The translations under genes were made by a program, and so were the position numbers. A stretch of 64,000 nt of DNA from the human T2T-CHM13v2.0 reference genome, Homo sapiens, in assembly GCF_009914755.1 (NCBI RefSeq), contig NC_060933.1. One strand, written 5' to 3'. The notes under the pieces are model-generated. The model was not told the origin of the DNA and did not search any database. It saw only the letters and a list, made by a program, of their open reading frames with translations. Below are positions 1-15,900 of this stretch, one piece after another (position 1 is the stretch's first letter; each line of letters begins with the position of its first letter).

Positions 1-1957
1 TTATTTTGGGCAGAGACTAAATCTTAGACTTCTAATTTGTGTTTTCACTGGGTGGCTTTGCCTAGTAGATGCTGGTTATCTTGCATGGCTACTTATGTCA
101 GTAGAATGGTTTAAGAGCTCTTTCTAACCTATATGGCCTATCCACTTGCCTCTGGATATTGAAGTCTGTGATATTTCACTTTAAGGTTAAAGGCTCCTCC
201 TCTTAAATTTAAAGATTTATGCCCAGAAGTATAACATTTTTCCTTTGATTTGTAACACAAACATCTTTTGCAGATTCTTCCTGTTCTCCTTCCACTTGTG
301 CTATGGGAAACAAGTCAAGGCTTCTAATAATCATTGAGAAAAATCTTTATTGATTGACTACACCATCCACAAGAAAAAGAAACTTAATTTAAGAAGAATA
401 GTTAACATGCTTGCTTGTTATTGACCAGTGGTAAACACACAAACACAAATATACAGCAGTTCTATGCCACAGAGAGTTAAGAATGAGGGAAGAGATGATA
501 TATGAGGAGGCTGGGAAGAAGAGGAAAATGAGAGGGTGAAAAGAGAGGGAAAACATGGGAGAAGGTGGGGCTTATAGGTGAAGTTGCTCTAAATGTTGGA
601 AATCCTGGATCTTCAGATGTCAGAGTATGTTAACACTATCCTTTGGCAGATATAATAGCTGTATAGAGCAGAGGCTTTCAAATGCATTTCAGCATTAGAA
701 CTCTATTTTTGACATGAAATCTGCTGTGGATTCTTAGAGATGTAGCACAAATAAAATCAAAGTAGCTCTGGTTCAAGAAAAATTAGGGAGGCTCTTGACC
801 CTCCAGCCTTCCCCACTCCATCTACACCTCAGCCCACACGTGGTTCCCCACTTTTGCCATCTCCTGAGGAACTCCAAAGGAGCACAGTTAGCAAACCACC
901 TACTTAGAATGCATTTCTTGTCTGGTTTTGTTATAGGTTTTCCAAATTAATTCTTAAAATAAGAGTATATTTTTCTCTAAAATTGTTAAAGTTCAATCAT
1001 ATGTGAAATAGTTATTTCAGTATAGTTTTGTTATAGCAGTGTAATTTAGAGCTTCACAGGTTTCTGTTAATGATGTAGTAATCTGAAGGGAATCTTTAGA
1101 AAGAAGGTAACACATCTGCTTGACAAGCAATTCACAAAGGATCTGACAGAGGGAGCTCAATACCTTCAAAATAACTCCTTCCACAGTCAGAGAAGTGTTG
1201 AAATATTTCTCTTGCTATTAAATTTCTAAGTTGCTTCCTTACAGTGTCTATGAAAGTGGTTTTTCACGCACCTGAAGGATATAACATATTCCTATTATTA
1301 ACAGTGCCTTACTCCAGCAGTCATTTTCATTGGGAGTTAGGTAGAAGGAAATGATGAGGCATAGTAGAGTCTATGATTGGCAATGTCTCCCATCCCTTGT
1401 TTTGACATGCCTTTATGTGAGGTGTCCTTTCTTACCTCCAACATTTTATTTTTTGTTTATAGTGTTGTTATTGCAGGTGCTTAAGTCCTGATCTTTTTAT
1501 TTGCTTAAAAGGCAATCCTCATGGCTTCCAAGTATTTCCTTCTCTGGACCAGAAAGCACCAGGACCAATGAGAGGAGAATTGTTACCTTTTACCTTTCTA
1601 GAGTCCTTTCATGTCACATAACTTTGGTTCTTACTTAAATAAAGAGCTTTCTGAGATGTAAGATCCAAATAAAAGAACCCCTAGTCAGCTTCTATGCCTT
1701 AGCCTTAGGTCAGTGACAATTACTGCTGTGGGAACTTGGATCTTTTGTTCTATTTATACCCTTTCCCCACACCTTCACCCCGCCAAAACTCACACACCAT
1801 ACATTGGGGAGTACCACGCTCTTTAACATATGGTAGCATAAGGGGCAGACTAAGGAATGACGGCATGGGAGGTGGCTGCCAGAAATAAAAAGCTTTGATG
1901 AACTGCCTTAGTTTTTTGATAATACAAATCCCACATCCTCATTTTCTTATATCTCAG

Positions 1958-2103
1958 GAGTTTCACCACGAAATAGTCTTGAAGTCGTAACCCCTGAAGT
2001 TCTTGGTGAGAGTGACCACGGAAACTGCATCACGTCCTTACAGCTGCACCCAAAAGGCTGGGCCACTCTTCTTCGGTGCTCAAGCAACAGTGATGATGAG
2101 GAG
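1958..2103 (+). CDS. DCAF10: DCAF10 (WDR32) penultimate coding exon
   Basis: Polypyrimidine tract + ctcag acceptor before 1958; GAG|gtacag donor after 2103. Translates (G)VSPRNSLEVVTPEVLGESDHGNCITSLQLHPKGWATLLRCSSNSDDEE and joins the next exon in phase 0. Confidence 0.93.
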
Positions 2104-2402
2104 GTACAGGCAGCAGCACTCCACCTTCAACAGGGCTCATTGGACAAATTGCCATTGCCGTGTGTGCAGAGCTTAGGCCGATCGCTGACTGCAGTCTCTG
2201 CCTTCAAGGGCATACTGCTAGAGATCCTGCTTCTCGACTCTCCTGTTTCTGTCCTCTCTTGCTTCATATGGTATCATTATCCCTTCCAAACTCTTCTTAT
2301 TCCTCTCCTGCTGGGGTTGAGCAAGGTGGGAGGTACTTTAAAGGCCAGCATCAGCTCAGTTTTTGCCCAGCTTCTTAAATCTTGCCTCTTTCATCTCACC
2401 CT

Positions 2403-2430
2403 AAACAAACAAACAAACAAACAAACAAAA
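2403..2430. repeat. (AAAC)n microsatellite
   Basis: Direct reading. Confidence 0.95.
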
Positions 2431-3049
2431 ACCCCTTGTATAATAAACATAGGTCTGAAATGTTTCAGCTAAGCTGGCTAAATGTGAGATTTTACTAAGC
2501 CAATTGAGTATCATAATTTTCTTTTTTTAAAAACCAGGGGAAACTCTGGGAAAGGAAGGGACTATACTGATGACTAGGGGGAAAGGTGTTAAATGACTTT
2601 ATGATTCTCATCACTCTGGAAAGCAAGAGTCTTCCAAGGATCTCACTGGTCCTAGAGGCCACAACTGAAAGGAGAGAAGAGAAGAGCCTTTGAATTGTGT
2701 AGGGGAAGAGGTAAGATACTCTAGGGCTTGGATGTACTCCAGGAATTTTTAAAATATCAACATTGTTGTTGCCCTTAGAAAAGAGAATGTATTACTGCAA
2801 AAGTCACAGGCAGCCTCAGGGAACAAAAGGCTTTAAAGCATCATAACACAGAATAACCTCAGCTTATGAAGATAAGAAAGTAGGGGGCCTACAAGTTTTG
2901 TTAGTTGGGAGGGGGATAGCATTATTCTGAGTGATTTCTTGTAAAAATTCTGTGGCTTTGGCAATCTGTTGAGCTTTTTAAAAATAAGGAATATCTGTAG
3001 CACTATTTGGGCTCTGTAACCTTGGTTTGTCTCCCTTCTCTCCCCCTAG

Positions 3050-3418
3050 TGTACTTGTGTCTATGAATTCCAAGAAGGAGCTCCAGTGCGACCTGTCTCA
3101 CCTCGCTGTTCTCTACGACTGACTCATTACATTGAAGAAGCCAATGTAGGCAGGGGTTACATCAAAGAACTTTGCTTCAGCCCCGATGGACGAATGATTT
3201 CTTCCCCACATGGCTATGGGATTCGCTTGTTGGGATTTGACAAACAGTGCAGTGAACTTGTTGACTGCTTGCCCAAAGAAGCCAGTCCCCTGCGGGTGAT
3301 CCGTTCTCTGTACTCTCATAATGATGTGGTACTGACAACAAAGTTCTCTCCAACACATTGTCAGATTGCCTCAGGGTGCCTTAGTGGACGGGTTTCTTTG
3401 TATCAGCCAAAGTTTTAG
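3050..3418 (+). CDS. DCAF10: DCAF10 last coding exon (C-terminal WD40 repeats)
   Basis: ctcccttctctccccctag acceptor, then CTCVYEFQEGAPVRPVSPRCSLRL...HNDVVLTTKFSPTHCQIASGCLSGRVSLYQPKF*. WD40-like, in frame with ORF 3086..3418, recognised as the DCAF10 C-terminus. Confidence 0.95.
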   Translation, partial: CTCVYEFQEGAPVRPVSPRCSLRLTHYIEEANVGRGYIKELCFSPDGRMISSPHGYGIRLLGFDKQCSELVDCLPKEASPLRVIRSLYSHNDVVLTTKFSPTHCQIASGCLSGRVSLYQPKF

Positions 3419-4742
3419 GCACAACTTACATCAAATAAGGAACTCTTCTGGTGTTTGACTTAGGAATTGCTTCAATTTAGATGAAGTATTTTCTTTTTAG
3501 AAGATCTTATAAGTTTGGGTCAAGATCCTGGTTCTTATGGGTCCATGAACACACTTGTGACCTTAGTACTTGGTCATCCAGCATCATACAGGCATCTCCA
3601 AGTTAGACTCTATGCAGCATCATCTTTTGCAGCATTCCTCTGCTCCTGCTGATCTGTGCCACTGAACTCCAGTTCTTCTGGTCATTTTGCATGGTAGCTC
3701 TTGTCACGTTCCTTCCTTCCTCACTCTCTATTTCTCTTTCCCTCTCCCTGTCCCTCTCTTTCTTTGTGTTTGTTGATTTTGGTGTCAATTTTGTGGACAT
3801 TTGGCAGGAGTTTTGACTGGGGTAGGAGAAACCCATGACATTAGAATTGAATAAAACCTAGAAGTTGGATATTGGCATATTGGTTGTTGAAAAATAAATT
3901 TCATCCTCACTTATGAGTATACTTGGCCTTTTAAAGTTACTGTTATGTTTATCTATATTGAGCACAGATAATGGCATTATTCTTATAATTGTTAAGATAG
4001 TCTTGCAACAAAATGTCTTTTAAGTTTCCTGTTAAAATTATAAAAAGATTTTCATGGTGAGAGGGATTTTATTGTGAAATTCTAGAAAAAAATATTACCA
4101 CCTCTCTTTGTAATTTACTTTACTTGTATGAATTTAACATCTCTAGCATGTATCCTTACTTGATATTTTGTTCCTATCAACAGCATTAGAAAGGAAAGGA
4201 GACAGAATGAGCTTTGGTTATTTCTATTGCACAGAAAAGGATTTTTAAAATTAGATTAGTATAATATCTGGCCATAGAGTGATAAGAACAATATGACTTA
4301 GATTTTCTGTATTTCATCTGCCAGATTATTTGAATCACACAGGATGATGTGTTAACAGTATTAGGGTGGAAGAGGAATCAAGAGTAAAGAGGTAGGGGTT
4401 TACTCATTTTTCTTCCCTGAGCCAGGTGTGACAAGCCAACTCTGTCACCATTCGTGAGGGGAGAGTTGCAGTCCTCTTCAAGCTGTTATCATAAGTACAG
4501 TAGTCAGCTACTTGGATATCAAGACTAAGTGCTGATATGAAGACTTGCCTTTGTGTTTTGTTATGAAACACGCAAGCATAAAGCAGGACTCAAGCACAAG
4601 GCTGACTGTTCTACTTTGAATAACAGCTTCCTTGCAGTCTCCTCCACATGGGTGGTACTGTGTTTAGAAGGGATTACCAAAGGCTGGAGCGATTTAAGCT
4701 ATGCACTAGCCTTGCCCTCTTAGGTTGCATTCTCTTTAGGCC

Positions 4743-4923
4743 ACTGGTTCTCAAACATTAGGGTGCACTGTAACCATTACAGAGCTTGTGAAAAGTGCAG
4801 AAACCTGAGCCTCACCTTATGAGATTCTGATTCAGCCAGGGGGAGGACAGGAATCTGTATTTTTCATAGCAACCTCAAGTAATCTTTATTCTGAGGGTCT
4901 CGGGATTGCAGGTTGAAAAACAC
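4743..4923. mobile_element. MER5A-like hAT-Charlie DNA transposon relic
   Basis: Termini resembling CAGTGGTTCTCAAA...TTGAGAACCAC; internal gagattctgattcag and aggaatctgtatttt. Confidence 0.65.
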
Positions 4924-4955
4924 AACCTTAATCAGCAGTAAATTCTTCTCTACTC

Positions 4956-5312
<357 letters not shown>

Positions 5313-5903
5313 TTAAAAAATAATAATAGTAAATGAAAGCAATTTTAGAGGTGGAAAATACCTTAGAATGGAATCATTTGCATTATTTGACAAATGAGAG
5401 AAGTGACATGACTTGCCTAAGGTCATCCTGCAAAGTTAGTGGCAGAGTTAGGACTTGAATTCCAGTCTTCTAATTCCTTGGTCAGGGCAATTTCTACTGT
5501 GTTATGCTGTCTGTTAGAAATAATGACTTATGGACACTTTGTCTTTAAGTTGTATTATTGTAAATACCCTTAAACTGGCCAATAGATTTTAGAAAGGCAG
5601 GCATGGGAGTAGATGCTGAGAATTCTAGCCATAAGAAGAAAAGTATTTTAAATCTTACAGAAATGTTTAAACAACCCAAAATACATGAATAAAAATGACA
5701 TTTCTTTGTAGGACCTGCCAACTAACTATTCACACACATTTATAGAGGTTATAAGGATCTTGGCTCTAGAACAAATTTTTGAAATTAGATCATTTTACCA
5801 TGGATGTTAACAAAATTGGAAATTTTTTGTCACTGAGAAAATTATCACAAAGCACAGTAAATACATATACTTACCATACATTTTGTAAAAAACACATTTT
5901 TTA

Positions 5904-6525
<622 letters not shown>

Positions 6526-9460
6526 TTAGTTTTGGAGGTGAAAACACCCAAACTGTTATTATTTAAAAATACCTACCAAGTACTGTGGTCATATTGACAT
6601 TCAAAAGAAGTTTCATAAATCGTATCAACTCTGGAAAGAGTTCATGTCAGATGCTAGACCAGCAAGTTACCCAACTCAAAATTCAGCCAATGATTCTTTA
6701 CTATAGAGTACCTATCATGTGTCAAATAATATACAGACTTCACTACTAACCCTCACAAAAACTTGCAGGGTAGGTGGAATGAGCCCCAATTTAATTTGGA
6801 GGTAATAGTGGGTCAGAAAGATTAAATGACTTGCCTTAAGTCATAGAGTTAGCAGTGAGTGGCAGCACTGGGATTCAAACCCAGGTTTGTGTCTTGTCCA
6901 AAGCCTGTGCTTACTGCTTTACCATTGTGCTCTTTAGTTTGTAAAGTATGGTAAGCTGGCCTGTTATTTGTTTAGTATCTTCTGGATTTTTTTTTTTTAA
7001 TTATAGAGCTAGCTTACCGTGTGTATCATGTAAAAAAAATTCATAAGATTAACAATTTCCATGAGAATATCATAAACTCAGGGCACACATTCTGGCCATT
7101 CCTGACTAAAAAACTTCAAGCAGAATAAGCAGCTATAAAATAGAAAAGAAAAATTAAGGATAAACGGCATTGTGAAAAAAAACCGAGCCACACAGATGAG
7201 AATTAAAAATTAACAGCCAGCAAACTCAAAAGAACCTTTGTCCTCCTTGAGATATGGTGATGATCAAAAAGTTAGCAAGGAATATTAATCAAGGAATTAA
7301 AGGGCATTAGGAATGCTATAGTATTGGAAGAAATTACATCTTAACATTTCAAAGCCCCATTTCACTTAAGAGTAAAATCTAATCTGATGTTTTTTACTCT
7401 GAATTTTATTCAGTAATTTTTATTCATAATTCATGATAATTGGTAATGTAGTATAATTGTTAGTAAATGCAGTACAAATTGTTCTACTGTTTTAAAAAGT
7501 TTTCCGCAGAACAGTGCATTTATGGCAATGCTATGTTTAATGAGTTAGGGACATCAAATATATAGTAGTTCCTTATTTTCAGTTGTGAAAATGAAATGGC
7601 TAAAGCAGAAGAGACGTCTATTTTAGTCTTTTAAAAATGTGTGTGGGTGGTCTTTTTTCCTCAGAAGCCCAAAGCACATGTATATTTTGTTATTTCTCCT
7701 TGCTATATTCCTGAGACTATACTAAAAACTTTAAGAAAAGGAACAAGAAAAAGGTAAATTCATGTGTTCCCCACTGCTGTGTCTAGAACCAAGATCACAT
7801 TATATCATTGTTAAAATTGTGTTATCTAGAAAGTGCAATATAGGGAAAACACTCTAAGAATCTTTTAAAAGCCTAGTGTTTCCCTTATTTGTCAGAATAT
7901 GTGGTAGTGGCATCCATAAGTATCTTTTAACTTGCATTTAGCAGGACAAATAGTGTGATACTTATACTGATGACAATCATCCCCATTTAATGACCAGCAG
8001 TCACTGAGCGCTGTGAAAATTCACTCAGTGATACCCCGTGTTGGTCTTGAAGGAAACCGTACATATGAATTTTTGGATAGCTAATGTATATCTCTCAAGT
8101 GCCAACATTTAAAACTTGTAATTATTTTTGATGTGAGTATTTCAGGTATGTTAGTATACCTTCCTGCCTTCTTCTTAAACATCATGCTCAGTATAATTCA
8201 CATTTTCATGATGAAAAGTTAAAGTTATATTCATAATGTATTATTATAAGTATCCAGCTCTGATGTATGTAAAACACTTCATAAAATGTAAAGGGCTATA
8301 ACAAATATGTTATAAAGTGATTCTCTCAGCCCTGAGGTATACAGAATCATTTGCCTCAGACTGCTGTTGGATTTTAAAATTTTTAAAATATCTGCTAAGT
8401 AATTTGCTATGTCTTCTCCCACACTATCAATATGCCTGCTTCTAACAGGCTCCCCACTTTCTTCTAATGTGCTGTTATGAGCTTTGGACATGAGATAACC
8501 GTGCCTGTTCAGAGTGTCTACAGTAAGAGCTGGACAAACTCTGGGGGGACACAGTCTTTGAGACAGCTCTTTTGGTTGCTTTCCACTTTTCTGAAAGGTT
8601 CACAGTAACCTTCTAGATAATAGAAACTCCCAGTTAAAGCCTAGGCTAGCAATTTTTTTTAGTTGCAACTAAGTAAGATATACTACAAACTAAGGATGCT
8701 GCTAGACTAAGGAATAAACAGCAAGGTACCAAAGTACAGCAAAGCAACAACAAAGGCTCTGTATTTGCAGAGGGGTCTATCATGCTTTTAAGAAAAAAGA
8801 AGAGTACAGGAAAAAAATTCAGATAGACATAAGAGTATTTTGGATGCCATTAAACTTTGTCAATAACCATTAAAACATAGGCTTAAATTATCACGTATTG
8901 TTACAAAGACACAGTTTTGTCTCATTATAAAATAAGATTATATGAAATTTATATTCTAGAAATGATTCCAAATCATGTCCTAAGAATTTCTCCCATTCAA
9001 ATGATAATGGAAATTACTGTCAAAAGGAAAATCTCAAAGTTACCATTACGCTGCTCTCTTGTAAATGAACTAGGGATAAAGATATGGGTTTTATCAAAAG
9101 CCCTAAGGAATATATCTCACATTCACCTCCTATATGTATGTGTATATATAAATGCCACTATAAATGAAAATGTCACCCAGAGATAATAAAATAATTTTTA
9201 AAGTTTAAATCTGGTCCAAAGTCTTTAAAATAGGTAGATTTTCAGCTTTCTTAAGTTTCTCCCTCATTTAGATTTCATGGTTTTTACATAAAGGGTGAAT
9301 ATTTGAATTTTCTTTTAAATTTCACTGCATCTTCAATTGCCCAACTGTGTTTCCTGATAAATTTTAGATTCACATTTTTAGGAAATTTGGAGTATTCCAG
9401 ACAATATACTAGATACCCAGAAACTTTTCTCAGTAGGTTCTGAGGTGTTTTAAGTTCTTA

Positions 9461-9576
9461 TGCTAGACTGTAAGCTCCTTGAGGGCAGAGACTGTTTTAT
9501 TTATTCTTGTATCCTCAGTGCCTGGTACAGGACTTGACACAGAGTAGTTGTTCAATAAATATTTGTTGAATGAATC
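9461..9576 (+). mobile_element. L2 LINE 3' end
   Basis: ctagactgtaagctccttgagggcagagac...gtgcctgg...tcaataaatatttgttgaatgaat matches the L2 3' terminus. Confidence 0.8.
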
Positions 9577-9893
9577 AAATGAACCTTCACCATATATGGC
9601 CTGAAGCTCTCATGAAGCCAGCAGAATGCAGTGTGCAGATTATTCCGTAATAGAGGAATCCATCATTTATTATTATAATTAACAGACTATATTCATCAGG
9701 GTAAGATCTGTTCTGACCATAAGCAAGCAAACATTTCTCATTGACTTGGAAAACTGCAAGTTAAGACTCAGTTTTTCATTCAACGAACATTTGAATCCCT
9801 ATTATATGCCTAGTTTAGTACTGGGAACTCAAGGGACAAAGATAACTATCGTCTTGGTATTCCATAGCTGTAGTTGAAAGAGATTTAGATTCA

Positions 9894-10270
<377 letters not shown>

Positions 10271-11825
10271 TTGAAAGGCCTCATGCTTACTTTAATGCTT
10301 TGCTATAGCCATCTTGAAATTCTCAACTTTTTGAACAAGGGCACTGCATTTTTATTTTGTACTGGGCTTGCAAATTATGTAGCTGGTCCTACTTAGATGT
10401 AATCATTTTGACATGATGGGTACAAAGTAATAAAAGAGTTACAGTATCTTTCACTTACCTTCTAATAAAGATATTCACATTCATTGAGAATTAGCTATAA
10501 AATGTATAATTTAGTAAAATAACTTCTGAAATTAAAACCACCTCCTTCCCACAAATTTTTGGACAGATCAAATGTTCTTCATTTCAGAATTACAAAAGCT
10601 TTCTAAAACTATAATTGGCTTTTTACCTTTTTAATTGTTTTGAGTCTTTCAAATGGATGAATGTAGAGTTGTAGATGAGTTTATTTTATCTATATACACA
10701 CCTACATAAACATATAAGGTTTTAATTTAAAAAAACCTTTATATTATAAATGCATTGAATATGTGATATAAGTCTACCTCATAACATGATTTTTTAAAAA
10801 TAAATGCTACTTTGAAACATTTGACACACTTTTTGTGTGTGGTTAACCTGTTTAAAAGGTTGATGGCAAACTTGATTTAGTAATTGCTGGAGATTTTTTG
10901 TTTAAACTACCTATATGTGCATTTTTAGACCAAAATCAAGCACAAGGCTATGACAATGGCAGTGGCTTGGTAATTCTTGTTAGTGACATTCTGGACTTTT
11001 TCAATCATGCACTCTCCATCAGAAAAAATTTAAGATCCAAATTTTGATTATCTATAAATGATGGGTATACTATTGTACTGATCTGTTAAGTACATTATAA
11101 AACATACACAGAGGAAAATCGAAAGTTTAAAAGGATACGATTTTTAAAAATTAAAGTTCTAAATTTCTTCCTGTACCTCCAGGGATAAACTGGGTCTCAG
11201 CTGGTATATGGACATTTCATCTTAGGAAGGCCACTATCTAAAATGTAGAATTGGCATTTTACACTAAAAACACATTTACTAAGATTGCATTCTTTCACAT
11301 ATGTTCACTAATGTTCTAGCCATTTGCAAGTTTATTTGGTATGAATATGTTTGTAGAGTTTCTAAAATTAGTTCTTTATTCAGTGAAAATTGTATTATCA
11401 ACAGGAAGCATCATTCATAGATTTTTACCCTTTTTGTCAAGCTGTTTACAGTGACTGAATCTTATATAAGAACTCAGAACATGATATTTTTCAGTGTTCT
11501 CTAGAATTTCATTTTCTTGTTGTATTATTTAACAGTGTGATTGATGGTTCATTTTACCAGATTATTTTCATTCACCAGAGTATGATAATCATATTTGGGA
11601 CACTCTTTTTGGTAAATCATTGGAGATTAAAAAAAGAGTGAATCCCTTTGAATTCAAATTATTTTGTGAAATTAATCATTCAGACAAACTGATTTAACTA
11701 ACCATAGCACTAATTATCACTATTTCGTTATCTCTATGACTGACATATTTTGGGCTATTTAAAAATATATTTTTAATTGAAAGGGAAATAATTATTTGCC
11801 ATGCGTTAATAATAAGGAATCAACA

Positions 11826-12415
11826 ATGTATATTTGTTTTCTATTGCAGCTGTAACAAATTACCATAAACTCAGTTATTTAAAACAACAAAAATTTATGT
11901 TCCAGTTCTGGAGGTCAGAAATGGATCTCACTGGGCTAAAATCAAGGTGTTGGTGGGGCTGTGTTTCCTCTGGGAGCCTAAGGGGACAATTCATTTCCTT
12001 GCCTTTTCCAGCATCTAGAGGCCACCTGCATTCCTTGGTTCATTGCCCCTTCTTCCTTCAAAACCAGCAGAAAAGCATATTCTTTTTTTTTTAAAAAGTA
12101 CTTAATTTTTTTATTTTTGAAGAGGCAGGGTCTCACTATGTTGCCCAGGCTGGGCACAAACTCTCCTGGGCTCAAGTGATCCTCCTGCCTCAGCCTCCCA
12201 AAGTGCTGGGATTACAAGTGTACGCCACCGTGCTTACATTGACTTTCGTGATTACATTGGGCCAACTGCATAATGCAGGATAATCTCTCCATTTTAAGGC
12301 CAGCTGATTAGCAAACTTAATTCCATTTACAACCTTAATTAGCCCTTGCCCTGTAACATTACATACAAGTTCTGGGTATTAAGGATGTGGACATCTTTAG
12401 GGGCTACTGTTCTGT
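11826..12415 (-). mobile_element. MLT1 (MaLR) LTR interrupted by an antisense Alu monomer (about 12105-12232)
   Basis: ctattgcagctgtaacaaattaccataaact...ccagttctggaggtcagaa...gattacattgggcc...ggataatctc are MLT1 hallmarks. Confidence 0.75.
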
Positions 12416-12926
12416 TTGCTTACTGTGTGCTAGTGTTGGGTACTAGCCTTAGCGCTTCACAGGCACTATTTAATCCTTAAGGCATTCTTATGAAGTGGGT
12501 ACAGTTATTCCCATTTTACAGAGGAAGAAACTGAGGCTTAGATTCGTTTACCTAAAGTCATATACCTAGTGAGTTTCAGAGTTAGACTTCTACCTGGTTC
12601 TGTCTGACTTCATAGCCTAACTTCAGTTGCTATACAGCTTTGATAATTCAGTGAGAAAATGTTTACTGCTTACAAACTATGTAGAACATTGTGAATACAG
12701 GTGTCATACTGTAAGAGAAATGTATTGCAGCTTTATTCTGTAATCAGGTAAAATTATTCTGATATCATTGTGAAAAAGTTGAAAAGCTTCCGCTTATGTG
12801 TATAGGGCCAGTAACATTTTCAGAGTTGTCTTGTAACACATAAGTGCTTTTATTCCCTAGACCTTTATCTACTAGGGCTTAGCTGTTTTAGTTTATAGCT
12901 GTCATATACTACTTTTAAAACAAATA

Positions 12927-13235
12927 ATGCTGGACGCAGTGGCTCATGCCTGTAATCCTAGCACTTTAGGAGGCCAAGGCGGGCAGACTGCTTGGGCCCA
13001 GGAGTTTGAGAACAGCCTGGGCAACGTGGTAAAACCCCATCTCTACAAAAAATACAAAAAAAGCTGGGCATGGTGGCACGAGCCTGTAGTTCCAGCTATT
13101 GGGGAAGGTGGGGGGAGGGGCAGGCAGTGAGGTGGGCGGGTCACCTGAGCCCAGGAGGTCGAGGCAGCCTTGATCATGCCACCAGCCTGGGTGACAGAGT
13201 GAGACGCTGTCTCAAAAATAAATAAATAAATAAAA
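12927..13235 (+). mobile_element. Alu with a G-rich insertion in the right arm
   Basis: Alu dimer; non-consensus G-rich stretch at about 13101-13127. Confidence 0.9.
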
Positions 13236-13969
13236 ACTAATAACTATTTAGGATATCAACTTGAAACAGGTATTTAAATCACGACACATGTACATTTATA
13301 GAACATTATGTACAGTTGGTTGCTGCATCTCAAAAACTACATTATCAGGCTGAAAAAAAATCCACAATATTATTAAAAGGCAAAGATAAGCAAGCTTACA
13401 ACTTTTTAAGGTTTATTGCTTCCAGAGCCATATTCTTAGAGTTTTTCTCTTGATCTGTGTGGCTTCAACCACATATATTTTTTCCACAATAATGGGATAA
13501 TTATAGGATTGCCTGGTTCCTGATGGGGTAAAGGTGGATGTATTAACAGAGACGTTATCAGTCATCAGTGGTTATCTGGTGTCTATGCATCATCTCTGTT
13601 TGGCAGTGTGTCCCAGGGAGTATACTAGGCAGAAATAGACTGCCATTTTAGGCCTTAGAATCAGGTTCTTATCCCTGACTCCCCCACCCTTACAGGAGAG
13701 TACTCAAGACCATGGGCAAGTACTCTTGGGAGCTTTATCATTGTCTGCTCACCAAGTATTAGAAGCATCTGCTGTAATACCGCATTAATTAGCTCTGACT
13801 TTGTCCTAGTCAGGGAGTGTCATTCTCATTCTTTGGAGAGACTTCATGCTATCCCCTACCTCATGGCATTACATCCCCTCTTGGGAAAGTCCAATTTTTG
13901 TATAACAACCACTGGGCCTGTCCCTGAGTTTTCCTCCAGGCTCCTCCCTTTTGGCAAAGGACAAAAAAA

Positions 13970-14148
13970 AGTGGTGCTCAAACTTTACTGTGCATTAGAA
14001 TCACCTGGAAAATGTGTTAAAATAGATTGCTGGGTCCCCATCCAGAGTTTCTGATTCTGTAGGTCTGGAGTGGGAGCCCTAGTTTTGCATTTCTAATCAG
14101 TCCTCCACTGATGCTGTAGGTCTTAGGGACCACAGTTTGAGAACCACG
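13970..14148. mobile_element. MER5A DNA transposon
   Basis: gtggtgctcaaac...gcattagaatcacctgg...tttgcatttctaa...gggaccacagtttgagaaccac. Confidence 0.8.
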
Positions 14149-14363
14149 GATATAGAAAATGCAGTTAAGATTTAGATCTTCCATGGATGACAGATGCCAT
14201 GGATCTCTGTGTAGATAACAGAAGTCCATTTAGAGAACCTCCTACCTTTTTGAGGCCAATATAGAAGAACAATGTGTCCCTTCAGCTACATCATTTTCAG
14301 TACATTATCAGGTTTGCACTTCTTGAACTAGAGCTAAGAGTTCCCTGATTAAAACATGATATT

Positions 14364-14670
<307 letters not shown>

Positions 14671-14941
14671 CATGATATTTACATTACTGGGCAGTTAAGT
14701 AAGCTAAGATGATCTTACCTTCTCAGGAACAGACCTGGTGCTGTGTAGCTTATCTTTTAACTCAAAATGAGAGAGCAGCTACAGAAATATACACTCCCTG
14801 GTATAAGCTGTAAATAGCTGCAACTGTTGCTAACAATAGCAATAAATCCAGAAAAGGAACAACTGAAACTTTAACCAGAGCATACACAACTCAAAATACT
14901 TTTTAGCCTTAAAAAGTGTTTTAAAAAAAGTTATTTCCAGG

Positions 14942-15242
<301 letters not shown>

Positions 15243-15581
15243 TTATGAGTACTTTAGAATGCTTTGTTGACATTACTTGTTAAAGTTCTTCTCTATAAAA
15301 GGTTAGTTTTTGTTGGGGTAAAATGAAGGATCCAAATTTAATTGTGAAATGGTTACTTTTTAAAAGTTAAAATACAGAGCATCAGATTTGTTCTAAACAC
15401 ATTGCATTTATTCTTAAATAGTTTTTTTCTTGCATACTTAATAAATGTATGTAATTAAAAGAAAGATTTCCTGGCGTTTATTTAAAGTTGCAGTGTATTG
15501 CAGGAAAATCATAATTTTCCTAGTAGCCTGGTCCCTGCTAGTCAGGAGGTGGGTAGACCCCTTATTGCTGGGCAGTCTTAG

Positions 15582-15900
<319 letters not shown>

